Origin: Planctomycetota bacterium
GTDB lineage: Bacteria; Planctomycetota; B15-G4; JADJEK01
Length of the DNA: 64,000 nt
Reading direction: 5' to 3'
NCBI GenBank assembly: GCA_052034255.1
Contig: JBPOIU010000019.1
Span: forward strand, 7,842 to 71,841
The notes under the pieces are model-generated. The model had not been told where the DNA came from. It saw only the letters and a list, made by a program, of their open reading frames with translations, and made no database searches. The position numbers and the translations under genes were made by a program. Positions 22,105 through 30,616 of this stretch are shown here, in pieces; the stretch's first letter is position 1, and every line of letters starts with the position of its first letter.

Positions 22105-22149
22105 AGGAACGCAGCCTGGCCCCCCAACGAATTTCGCCCGATTTCGCCC
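22105..22149 (+). promoter_or_regulatory. Candidate ECF-type promoter (GGAAC, 17 nt, CGAA) followed by a tandem 10-bp direct repeat (ATTTCGCCC g ATTTCGCCC) upstream of the ECF sigma factor gene
   Basis: All motifs are read directly from the sequence: ggaac at 22105..22109, cgaa at 22127..22130, and atttcgccc at 22130..22138 and again at 22140..22148. The match to an ECF -35/-10 is loose and the function is an inference. Confidence 0.2.
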
Positions 22150-22233
22150 AAAGCCGCCTCGAACCCGTCCAGAGCGCAGTCGCTACTCTCGGCCCAGTTG
22201 CCGGTGCCTCGTTCTCCGGGCAGGATCGGGGCC

Positions 22234-22863
22234 ATGAGCGACGAGCCATCACCCGACCTCGAGGGATTGACGCGCGCCATCCAGGCGTGGACGGGCGGCG
22301 ACCCTGCCGCCGAACACGACGTGTTCTCACGCCTGCAGCAGGAGTTGCGAAGGATCGCGCGCGCTCAGCTCGGCGCGGAGGCGAACCGCCACACGCTGCA
22401 ACCCACGGCGCTCGTGCATGAAGCCTGGGTCAAACTGTTCCACACCGGCAACCCCGGCGTCGAAGGTCGATCGCATCTGGTCGGACTGATGGCGAAGGCG
22501 ATGCGATCGGTACTCGTCGACCACGCGCGTGCGAAGGCAGCCCAAAAGCGCGGCAGTTCGGCGCGGCCGTTGTCCCTCGATGCGACCGGGGTCGTTCGCT
22601 CCGACGACTCTGGCCTCACGGTCGAACCCGCCGACTTGCTCGTCGTCGACGAGACGATCGAGCGGCTGCGCGCGGTCGACGCAGAATTGGCTCAGGTCGT
22701 CGAACTGCGTTTCTGGGCCGGACTCACGAACGAGGACATCGCGTCCGCGCTACGCGTCCATCCACACACGGTCGAGCGTCGCTTCCAATTGGCACGGGCG
22801 TGGATGCAGCGCGAGCTGGATCGCGCGGCAACCCGCTCGCGTGACGACGGGCCGCGTGCATGA
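22234..22863 (+). CDS. ECF-family RNA polymerase sigma-70 factor
   Basis: The start is set at ATG 22234 (MSDEPSPDLEGL...). The sigma-2 region (LVHEAWVKLF) and sigma-4 region (ELRFWAGLTNEDIASALRVHPHTVERRFQLARAWM) are recognisable. The stop overlaps the kinase start in ATGA. Confidence 0.85.
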   Translation: MSDEPSPDLEGLTRAIQAWTGGDPAAEHDVFSRLQQELRRIARAQLGAEANRHTLQPTALVHEAWVKLFHTGNPGVEGRSHLVGLMAKAMRSVLVDHARAKAAQKRGSSARPLSLDATGVVRSDDSGLTVEPADLLVVDETIERLRAVDAELAQVVELRFWAGLTNEDIASALRVHPHTVERRFQLARAWMQRELDRAATRSRDDGPRA

Positions 22864-25800
22864 ACGATCGCTGGCACGACGTCCGCACGTGGTTCGAACG
22901 AGCCCTCGACCACCCCGCCACCGAGCGCGAAGCGTTCGTGAAGAGCCAATGCGGAGACGATCCAGGCTTGGTCGAAGAAGTCGTCGAGTTGCTGCGCGCG
23001 GCGGCGCGCGACTCGAGTCTGAGTGCTGCACTCGAATCCGGACCCTTGCGCGCACCGGCCGCACTCGCGATCGGCGATCGCGTCGGTCGGTATCGACTGG
23101 AACGCGTCCTCGGCCATGGCGGCATGGGAACCGTGTGGGCCGCGAGGCAGGACGCGCCCGATCGGTTGGTCGCGTTGAAGGTCTTGCACCACGCGCTCGC
23201 ACGACCCGAGGACGCGGCGCGATTCCGGTTCGAAGCCGAAGTGCTCGCACGGTTGCGCCATCCGAGCATCGCCCAGATCCACGAGGCGGGCCAACTCGAC
23301 GGCGGGCAGCCCTATTTCGCGCTCGAGTACGTCGACGGCGGCACGCCGCTGCATGCCTACGTGAAGTCGCACGCGCTCCCGCGCAGCGGACGTTTGGCGC
23401 TGCTCGCGACGATTTGCGACGCCGTCGCACACGGACACCAGCGCGGCGTGGTGCATCGGGACCTGAAGTCCGCAAACGTCCTCGTCGACTCCGCCGGATT
23501 TCCGAAGGTGATCGACTTCGGCATCGCCCGAGCGATCGACGTCGGCGCAGTCGATGCGCCGTCGTTCACGCGCACCGGCGAAGTCGTCGGCACGTTGTCG
23601 TCGATGGCCCCCGAGCAACTCGACACCGCGGTCGACGCGGTGGACGTGCGCACCGACGTCTACCAACTCGGTGTGATGCTCTACCAACTGCTGACGGATC
23701 GTCTGCCGATCGACCTCGCGGGCGCTTCGATCGTCGAAGCCGCGCGCCGCATCGAGACCGAGGACCCTGCGCCGCCGTCGACCTTGGTCCACGACGGACC
23801 CCGTGAACTCGATTGGATTGCCGCCCGCGCGCTCGCGAAGGACAAGGAGCGACGCTACGCATCGGCATCCGAGTTCGCGGCCGACCTGCGTCGGCATCTG
23901 GCCGGCGAAGCCGTGCTCGCCGCGCCGGACGGACTGGCGTACCGCGTTGCCGTGTTCACGCGGCGGCATCGGATCGGACTGATCGCGACGGCTGTCGCGA
24001 TGTTCGGCCTCGCGGGCGGACTCGTCGCCGCACTGCGCGCGCGCAGTAGCGAGTTCGATGCACGTGTGCGCGCCGAGTCGGCGTTGCGACGCGCACGCTC
24101 GGCGAACGCGTTCATGGTCGGCATTTTCTCGGCGGCCCGCCCCGACGAGAGCGGCCGCGACGTCCGCGTCCGCGACGTGTTGTCGGTCGCGGACCTCGAT
24201 CTCGCCCGCGGCTTCGATGGTCCACCGGAGGTAGAGACTGCCGCGCGTGCGACCCTCGGAGCATCGTGGCTCGCACTCGACATCGTCGACGCCGCCGAGC
24301 CGCACCTCGTGGCGGCGTATGAACTGCGCGAACGCACACTAGGCCCCGACGATCCCGAGACACTGGACTCGTTGCGCGACCTCGCGACACTGCGGAGCCG
24401 ACAGGGCCGCGCTCAGGAAGCTCGACGGCTGTTCGAGGAGTTGGTCGAACGCGGCACGCGTGTGCTCGGCTTGGACCATCCAGATCCCTGGCAGGCACGC
24501 GCCCACTTCGCAGTCGTGCTCCAGGCCTGTGGGGATTTGACGAACGCCGAGCGCGAAGCACGTGCGGCCAAAGACGCGCTCGCGCGTCTCGTCTCGGCCG
24601 CCGATGTGCGACGATCCGACGCCGAGCAAGCCCTGACTTCGATCCTCGAAGCGCGTGGCGACGACGGGGGCGCGATCGAACTCGCGCGCGCTTCGTACGA
24701 ACGCTTGCGGTCCGCCCTCGGTCCAACGCACCCGCGTTCGTTGTCCGCGGCCAACCAACTCGGCCGCCTGTCGATCGATGGCGGGCGCGTCGACGAAGGC
24801 GTCGCGCTGCTCGAGAACGCCCTGAAGGCGAGCGTCGAACGACTCGGAGCGGATCACGACATGACGCTGCGCGTCGAGGAGAGCCTACTCACCTCCCTGC
24901 GCCATTCCGCGCGCGCCGACGAAGCGGCTCGTCGGTTCGTCGACGTGATCGCGCGCCGGACGCGCAAGGACGGGGCCACCCATTACCGGACGCTGCAAGA
25001 CCGCGGCGTGCTAGGCACCTCGCTCGCACGACTGGGTCGAGTCGACGAAGCCCTCGGCGAACTCAACGAGGCGCACGCGCTCGCGGTGACCGCGCTCGGC
25101 GCCGACGATCCGATCACGCTACAGCTGGCGACGTGGCTCGCGCAGACGCGACTCGATTCCGGCGACGTCGACGGCGCGGAAGCAGACCTCCGTCGCGTGC
25201 TCGACTCGCCGGAAGCGATCCAGCACGCTACGGCGCCCCGCATGCTCGCGATCAAGGAGACCCTCGCGCTCGTGTTGCGCGATTCCGGTCGCGCGGCCGA
25301 CGGTGCCCCGTTGATGCGCGACGTGTTGGACGCGCGCAGGCGCGCACTCGGCGACGGCGCACTCGACACATTGCGTGCATTCTTGAATGCCTCCGGTCTC
25401 GAAGCGATGACCGGGAACCTCGAGGTCGCGACGCAGTACGCGCGATCCGCGCACTCGGGATTCCGCGCGATCTACGGCGGCGACCACGTCGCGGTCCTGG
25501 TGTCGACCCAAACGCTGGCAACGATCCTCGGTCGGCGCGGCGACTGGACCGCGGCGCTGCCGTTGCAAGAGGACGCGCTCGCGCTGTCGACACGACTGTT
25601 CGGCGACGAGCACCCGGCGGTTCATGACGCGGCCGGTGAGCTCGGGATGTCGCTGAGACGGGTCGAGCGGTTCGAAGAAGCGCGACCGCTGTTGTCCCGA
25701 GCAATGGTCTCCCGCGAGCGCGCGTTCGGTAGGGACAGCCCATGGAGTCGTTCGGCGCGAGCCGAATATGCCGCCTCCTGCCTCGACCTCGGTGACGTGG

Positions 25801-26084
25801 TCGGCGCCTTTGGCGCGATCGACGAACTCGCCGAGAACGACGACGAGCTCGTCGCTGTCGCACGCGCGTGGACGGCCGTCGACCGTTCGTCTGCTCCTGA
25901 GTTCACGTTCGGTTCGACCGTCGACGCGACCTCGCGCTTCGCGGCCCGGCTCGCCGGCGTCGTTGCACGCTCCGATTCACCAGAGCTCGGCAAGACGCTA
26001 CGCCTAGCCCTCCTCGCGCATGCCGCCACGATTGCGGCCCCCGCCGAGGCGATCGCCGAACTGGAAGCGCTGGCCGCGCCGTGA
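22860..26084 (+). CDS. Ser/Thr protein kinase with N-terminal ECF-partner extension and long C-terminal TPR repeat region (1074 aa)
   Basis: The N-terminus is WFERALDHPATEREAFVKSQCGDDPGLVEEVVELL, the motif typical of sigma-associated kinases. Hanks kinase motifs are present (GHGGMGTVWAA, ALK, HRDLKSANVLV, DFGIA, APE), and the C-terminal half is built of TPR repeats. Confidence 0.85.
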   Translation: MNDRWHDVRTWFERALDHPATEREAFVKSQCGDDPGLVEEVVELLRAAARDSSLSAALESGPLRAPAALAIGDRVGRYRLERVLGHGGMGTVWAARQDAPDRLVALKVLHHALARPEDAARFRFEAEVLARLRHPSIAQIHEAGQLDGGQPYFALEYVDGGTPLHAYVKSHALPRSGRLALLATICDAVAHGHQRGVVHRDLKSANVLVDSAGFPKVIDFGIARAIDVGAVDAPSFTRTGEVVGTLSSMAPEQLDTAVDAVDVRTDVYQLGVMLYQLLTDRLPIDLAGASIVEAARRIETEDPAPPSTLVHDGPRELDWIAARALAKDKERRYASASEFAADLRRHLAGEAVLAAPDGLAYRVAVFTRRHRIGLIATAVAMFGLAGGLVAALRARSSEFDARVRAESALRRARSANAFMVGIFSAARPDESGRDVRVRDVLSVADLDLARGFDGPPEVETAARATLGASWLALDIVDAAEPHLVAAYELRERTLGPDDPETLDSLRDLATLRSRQGRAQEARRLFEELVERGTRVLGLDHPDPWQARAHFAVVLQACGDLTNAEREARAAKDALARLVSAADVRRSDAEQALTSILEARGDDGGAIELARASYERLRSALGPTHPRSLSAANQLGRLSIDGGRVDEGVALLENALKASVERLGADHDMTLRVEESLLTSLRHSARADEAARRFVDVIARRTRKDGATHYRTLQDRGVLGTSLARLGRVDEALGELNEAHALAVTALGADDPITLQLATWLAQTRLDSGDVDGAEADLRRVLDSPEAIQHATAPRMLAIKETLALVLRDSGRAADGAPLMRDVLDARRRALGDGALDTLRAFLNASGLEAMTGNLEVATQYARSAHSGFRAIYGGDHVAVLVSTQTLATILGRRGDWTAALPLQEDALALSTRLFGDEHPAVHDAAGELGMSLRRVERFEEARPLLSRAMVSRERAFGRDSPWSRSARAEYAASCLDLGDVVGAFGAIDELAENDDELVAVARAWTAVDRSSAPEFTFGSTVDATSRFAARLAGVVARSDSPELGKTLRLALLAHAATIAAPAEAIAELEALAAP

Positions 26085-26147
26085 CGGGCGCAGTAGATCG
26101 CTCGTAGCTGAAGGCCCGACAGGAGTTTCGGCACGGATCCGACCGAT

Positions 26148-28868
26148 ATGTCGAACACGTCTGCCGACCTCGAGGATCGTCCGATGGCGGAACACGCCGA
26201 CGCCGAACGTGCCCGCCTCGCCGAGGACGAGGCCCGCACGAAGAACTGGAAACGCTTCGGGCCCTATTTGGCCGAGCGCCAATGGGGCACGGTCCGCGAG
26301 GACTACTCGAAGGACGGCGAGTGTTGGGACTACTTCCCGTTCGAACAGTCGCACACCCGCGCATACCGGTGGGGTGAGGACGGCCTGCTCGGCATCACCG
26401 ATCGGGAGTGTCGCCTGTGCTTCGCGGTCGCGCTGTGGAACGGCAAGGACCCGATCCTCAAAGAGCGTCTCTACGGCCTGAACGGCAAACAGGGCAACCA
26501 CGGCGAAGACGTCAAGGAGGTCTACTACTACCTCGACTCGACGCCGACCCATTCGTACATGCGCGCGCAGTACTCGTACCCGCACGCGGAGTTCCCGTAC
26601 GCGCGGTTGATCGACGAGAACGCGAAGCGCGATCGGGAGCAGCGCGAGTTCGAACTCACCGACACCGGCGTGTTCGCCGAGTCGCGGTACTTCGACGTGA
26701 TCGCCGAATACGCGAAGGCGAGCCCGGACGACGTGCTCATCCGATTGAACGTCGTCAACCGCGGCCCGGAGCGCGCACGCATCCATGTGCTGCCGCAATT
26801 GTGGTTCCGCAACACGTGGAGTTGGGGCGACACGTACGACGACACGCGCACGAAGCCCGCACTGCGCAAGATGAGCGCGCACACCGTGCTCGCCGAACAT
26901 CCGACGCTCGGCACGTTCCAGTGGTGCGTGGACTCCACGCAGGACGGCAAGACCGCGCCGCTGCTGTTCACCGAGAACGAATCGAATCTGCGCGCGTTGT
27001 TCTCGACCGAGAACGCTTCGCCGTACGTGAAGGACGCGTTCCACGGCGTCGTCGTCCATGGCGAGCATCAACGGGCGAACCCGCGCTCGCAGGGCACGAA
27101 ATGCGCCGCGTGGTTCGTTCTCGATCTCGAGCCCGGGGCGACCCAGGTGCTCCGAATGCGCTTGCGGCCAGCCGACGCGCGTGGCTGCGAAGCGTTCCAC
27201 GAGGACTTCGACACCACGTTCGCCGTGCGCGAAGCCGAGGCCGACGACTTCTTCGCCTCGATCCTGCCGGCGAACGAACGCCCGGAAGAACGACGCGTGG
27301 CGCGGCAGGCGTACGCGGGCTTGCTGTGGAGCAAGCAGTTCTATCACTACGTCGTCGCGGACTGGTTGGCGGGCGATCCCGCGCAGCCGAAGCCTCCCCC
27401 GCAGCGGTCCACGGGACGCAATGCCGACTGGCCGCATCTGTTCAACCGCGACGTCATCTCGATGCCGGACAAGTGGGAGTACCCGTGGTATGCGGCGTGG
27501 GACCTCGCGTTCCACACGATCCCGTTCGCGCGCATCGATCCCGCGTTCGCGAAGGACCAGCTGCTGCTGTTCCTGCGCGAGTGGTACATGCACCCGAACG
27601 GCCAGATCCCCGCGTACGAGTGGAACTTCTCGGACGTCAATCCACCGGTCCACGCTTGGGCCACGTGGCGCGTCTACAAGATGACCGCGAAGCGCGGCGA
27701 GCGCGATCGCGCATTCCTCGCACGCGTGTTCCAGAAACTGCTGATCAACTTCACTTGGTGGGTGAACCGCAAAGACCTGCATGGCAAGCACGTCTTCGCC
27801 GGCGGCTTCCTCGGTCTCGACAACATCGGCGTGTTCGATCGCAGCAAGCCGTTGCCGAAAGGCGGGCACCTCGAGCAGGCCGACGGCACGGCGTGGATGG
27901 CGTTCTATTGCCTGACGATGCTCGCGATCGCGCTCGAACTGGCGCAAGAAGACCCGGCCGCCGAAGACATGGCGTCGAAGTTCTTCGAGCACTTCGTCGC
28001 GATCGTCGACGCGATGAACACGCTGAACGGCTCCGGGCTGTGGGATTCGACCGACGGCTTCTACTACGACCTCATGCATTGCGACGGCCACGCGACTCCG
28101 ATCCGCGTGCGTTCGATGGTCGGACTGATCCCGTTGTTCGCGGCCGAGATCCTCGACGAGGACCACATCGCGAACCTCCACGGCTTCAAGAAACGCATGG
28201 CGTGGTTCCTGCGCCATCGTTCCGACCTCGCGCGCCACATCGCGTTCGCGGAGGCCGATGAGCGCAGCTCGGGCAAGCGTCGCCTGTTGGCCGTCGTGCC
28301 GAGAGCGCGCCTCGAGCGCATGCTGAAGTACTTGCTCGACGAGAACGAGTTCTTGTCGCCGTACGGCGTGCGCTCCCTGTCGAAGGTCCACGCGGACAAG
28401 CCGTTCGTCCTCGACGTCGACGGCGAACAACACCGCGTCGACTATCAACCGGGCGAGTCGAACTCGGGCCTGTTCGGCGGCAACTCGAATTGGCGCGGAC
28501 CGATCTGGTTCCCGCTGAACTACCTCCTGATCGAGGCGCTCGAGCGCCATCACCATTTCTACGGCGACGACTTGCAAGTCGAGTTCCCCACGGGCTCGGG
28601 TCGTAAAGCGACTCTGCTCGAGGTGTCCCGCGAACTCGGACGTCGCCTGACGCGCTTGTTCCTGCCCGACGAACACGGGGCTCGCCCATGCCACGGCGGC
28701 GATCCGCGTTACGCACGCGGTGGGACCGCGCAGGACCTCGTGTTGTTCCACGAGTACTTCCACGGCGACACCGGCGAGGGGCTCGGCGCGAGTCATCAAA
28801 CCGGGTGGACCGCGCTGGTCGTGAAATTGCTCGAGGATCGCGCGCACGACCGCGTGCCCCCGCGCTGA
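26148..28868 (+). CDS. Glycoside hydrolase family 63-like protein (mannosyl-/glucosylglycerate hydrolase or processing-glucosidase-like)
   Basis: The 906-aa product has an N-terminal WDYFPFEQSHTRAYRWGEDGL motif and an (alpha/alpha)6-barrel-like C-terminal half. The family call comes from recalled motif similarity, not from a search. Confidence 0.55.
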   Translation: MSNTSADLEDRPMAEHADAERARLAEDEARTKNWKRFGPYLAERQWGTVREDYSKDGECWDYFPFEQSHTRAYRWGEDGLLGITDRECRLCFAVALWNGKDPILKERLYGLNGKQGNHGEDVKEVYYYLDSTPTHSYMRAQYSYPHAEFPYARLIDENAKRDREQREFELTDTGVFAESRYFDVIAEYAKASPDDVLIRLNVVNRGPERARIHVLPQLWFRNTWSWGDTYDDTRTKPALRKMSAHTVLAEHPTLGTFQWCVDSTQDGKTAPLLFTENESNLRALFSTENASPYVKDAFHGVVVHGEHQRANPRSQGTKCAAWFVLDLEPGATQVLRMRLRPADARGCEAFHEDFDTTFAVREAEADDFFASILPANERPEERRVARQAYAGLLWSKQFYHYVVADWLAGDPAQPKPPPQRSTGRNADWPHLFNRDVISMPDKWEYPWYAAWDLAFHTIPFARIDPAFAKDQLLLFLREWYMHPNGQIPAYEWNFSDVNPPVHAWATWRVYKMTAKRGERDRAFLARVFQKLLINFTWWVNRKDLHGKHVFAGGFLGLDNIGVFDRSKPLPKGGHLEQADGTAWMAFYCLTMLAIALELAQEDPAAEDMASKFFEHFVAIVDAMNTLNGSGLWDSTDGFYYDLMHCDGHATPIRVRSMVGLIPLFAAEILDEDHIANLHGFKKRMAWFLRHRSDLARHIAFAEADERSSGKRRLLAVVPRARLERMLKYLLDENEFLSPYGVRSLSKVHADKPFVLDVDGEQHRVDYQPGESNSGLFGGNSNWRGPIWFPLNYLLIEALERHHHFYGDDLQVEFPTGSGRKATLLEVSRELGRRLTRLFLPDEHGARPCHGGDPRYARGGTAQDLVLFHEYFHGDTGEGLGASHQTGWTALVVKLLEDRAHDRVPPR

Positions 28869-29115
28869 TCCGCGGATTCCGCGCCGAACTCGCGCTCGCG
28901 GCCGAGCCATCGCCCGCGACCGCGCTCGCCGCGATGCAATTTCTACACGCGCACGCGGCGAGTGGGCGCGAACGACACGCTTCGGACGCATTTCCGGGCG
29001 CGAAACGGTGCCGGCGCACGGCACGCGAATCGCTCTACGGTTCTCCGAGCACGGGTGATGCCCTGCCGATCGAATCGATCGCCGTGGCATCCCCACCTGC
29101 CAAAGGAGAACTGCC

Positions 29116-29382
29116 ATGCGCAATCACCGAACGAATCGCAACCGAGTCGTCGATCCGAAGGAGCACTTCGTCGGAGCCGCGACTGCGGCACGCGAGAACG
29201 TGCTCGAGATGCGTGACGCCGCCAAGGACATGGCCCGCAGCCAACTCGAACGCTTGTCGGCCGAAGTCGCGTCCCTGCGCGACCGCGTGGTCGCGAACGT
29301 CGAACAGCGGCCCGTGAAGTCGGTCCTCGTCGCGTTGGGTGCGGGTTTGTTGCTCGGCGTGTTCCTGGGTCGGCGCGGCTGA
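29116..29382 (+). CDS. ElaB/YqjD/DUF883 family stress-response membrane-anchored protein
   Basis: A strong RBS (AAGGAGAA) precedes the start. The 88-aa product has an N-terminal coiled region and a C-terminal anchor (VLVALGAGLLLGVFLGRRG) typical of DUF883. Confidence 0.65.
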   Translation: MRNHRTNRNRVVDPKEHFVGAATAARENVLEMRDAAKDMARSQLERLSAEVASLRDRVVANVEQRPVKSVLVALGAGLLLGVFLGRRG

Positions 29383-29392
29383 TCGACCACGT

Positions 29393-29425
29393 CCGAGAAT
29401 CGTCGCGAACAGCGACGATTCTCGG
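29393..29425 (+). terminator. Perfect 14-bp inverted repeat (ccgagaatcgtcgc, loop gaaca, gcgacgattctcgg) immediately after the elaB-like stop codon
   Basis: Read directly from the sequence. No U-tract follows. Confidence 0.35.
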
Positions 29426-29589
29426 ACGGAGTCGATCCCGCACCAGGTGTCCGAGGCGACGGCAGTCGCCGCCCCGTTCAACAGGCACAGGTGTACGGCG
29501 TTGAATGACGCGAACAACCTGTGGATACGGCGGTCAAGACGTCGGTCGCTGCGCGACCGGGGCGCCGCCGGCGGCACCTTGTGCGTTCG

Positions 29590-29630
29590 GCCGTGAATCA
29601 ATCCCTCGAAGCGCGGGATTGATTCACGGC
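29590..29630 (+). promoter_or_regulatory. AT-richer 16-bp perfect palindrome (gccgtgaatcaatccc, 9 nt, gggattgattcacggc) in the intergenic region before the holin-like gene; operator or RNA hairpin candidate
   Basis: Read directly from the sequence. It stands out against a 70% GC background and lies 125 bp upstream of the ATG at 29755. Confidence 0.3.
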
Positions 29631-29754
29631 CTCGAACACTCGATCGCGGCGGAGCGAGCCGCGGACGGATACGTCGGCGGCCGCCCACGCCCGAGTGTCG
29701 GCGACGCGCCGGCGCGGCCGCCCCCACCTGCGGACGCGCAACGAGAGGTCAACC

Positions 29755-30192
29755 ATGAACGAGCCGAGTCCTGACCATCAGGAGTTCTCCCACTCCGCGC
29801 GTGCGGATGAACGAGCCGTGTTCGACCACCTCCAGGCGCTGGAACGCGACATCGCGACCGCCATTCGCGAAGCAGCAGTCCTCGCTTCGCTGCAAGTGGA
29901 TCGGGCACGTGTGTGGGCACGGGAATCGATGTGGACCCTCGGAATGGTCGCGGTCAGCGCGCTGGCGATCCTGGCGTTGGTCGTCCTCGCGATCGTGCGG
30001 ATCATGGCCGGGATCTGCGATGGACTGACGCAGTGGTTCGGGATGCCGTGGGCCGGCTCCCTCGGAGGCGGTCTCATCGGGCTCGGGATCGCGATCCTCG
30101 CCCTGCGCGGCGTGCGCCGCAGCATGTCCGAGGCGAACCTGCGCCGCATGCGCGAGAAGTACGACGGCACGCTCCCATCGACCAAGGAGTGA
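29755..30192 (+). CDS. Small membrane protein, phage-holin-family-like (two TM helices), typically found next to DUF883 genes
   Basis: An RBS (GAGAGG) precedes the ATG at 29755 (MNEPSPDHQEF...). Two hydrophobic helices are present (LGMVAVSALAILALVVLAIV, LGGGLIGLGIAILAL). Confidence 0.5.
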   Translation: MNEPSPDHQEFSHSARADERAVFDHLQALERDIATAIREAAVLASLQVDRARVWARESMWTLGMVAVSALAILALVVLAIVRIMAGICDGLTQWFGMPWAGSLGGGLIGLGIAILALRGVRRSMSEANLRRMREKYDGTLPSTKE

Positions 30193-30198
30193 ATCCGC

Positions 30199-30603
30199 AT
30201 GTCCAAGGCCGAACTCGAACTCCTCGACTTGCACGTCGCGCTCGCGAAGAAGCGGTTGCGCGATGCGCTGCGCGAAAGCGGTCACGCGTTGCGCTCCACG
30301 ATCGACCCATCGCCGTGGATCCGGGCGCATCCCGAGGGTTCGGTATGGACGACCTTCGCGATCGCGTGCTTCGCGGGGCGCCGACTGCGGCGTCGAGCAC
30401 CGCGTCCGCCGCGCCCCGAAGTCAGGGAAGCGCGATCGGATGACAAGTCGCGCGCGACGGCGACGCGGACGCCCTGGCGCGCCGCGCGCGTGGTGATGCG
30501 CTTCGCGCGCATGAGCGTGCGGCAGTGGCTCGTCGATCGACTTCTGGACGTCTGGAACGACAACCGCGACGTCGGCCGCCCGCGGAGCCCACGCGTCGCG
30601 TAG
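30199..30603 (+). CDS. Hypothetical protein (134 aa), third gene of the elaB/holin-like module
   Basis: A strong RBS (AAGGAG) lies 7 nt before the ATG, and the gene begins 6 nt after the preceding stop. It has one short hydrophobic segment (TTFAIACFAG). Confidence 0.5.
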   Translation: MSKAELELLDLHVALAKKRLRDALRESGHALRSTIDPSPWIRAHPEGSVWTTFAIACFAGRRLRRRAPRPPRPEVREARSDDKSRATATRTPWRAARVVMRFARMSVRQWLVDRLLDVWNDNRDVGRPRSPRVA

Positions 30604-30616
30604 AGTCCGCGCCGCC

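Noticed and set aside
22692-24305. 537-aa minus-strand ORF opposite the sigma-coupled kinase gene
   Set aside because: Antisense shadow of a kinase with complete Hanks motifs.
26408-28261. 617-aa plus-strand ORF in an alternate frame inside the GH63 gene
   Set aside because: Same-strand frame-shifted shadow, Arg-rich junk translation. The overlapping frame has recognisable GH63 motifs.
26004-29123. 1039-aa minus-strand ORF antisense to the GH63 gene
   Set aside because: The translation is extremely Arg/Ala-rich with no motifs. It lies entirely opposite a well-supported coding gene, so it is a typical GC-rich shadow ORF.
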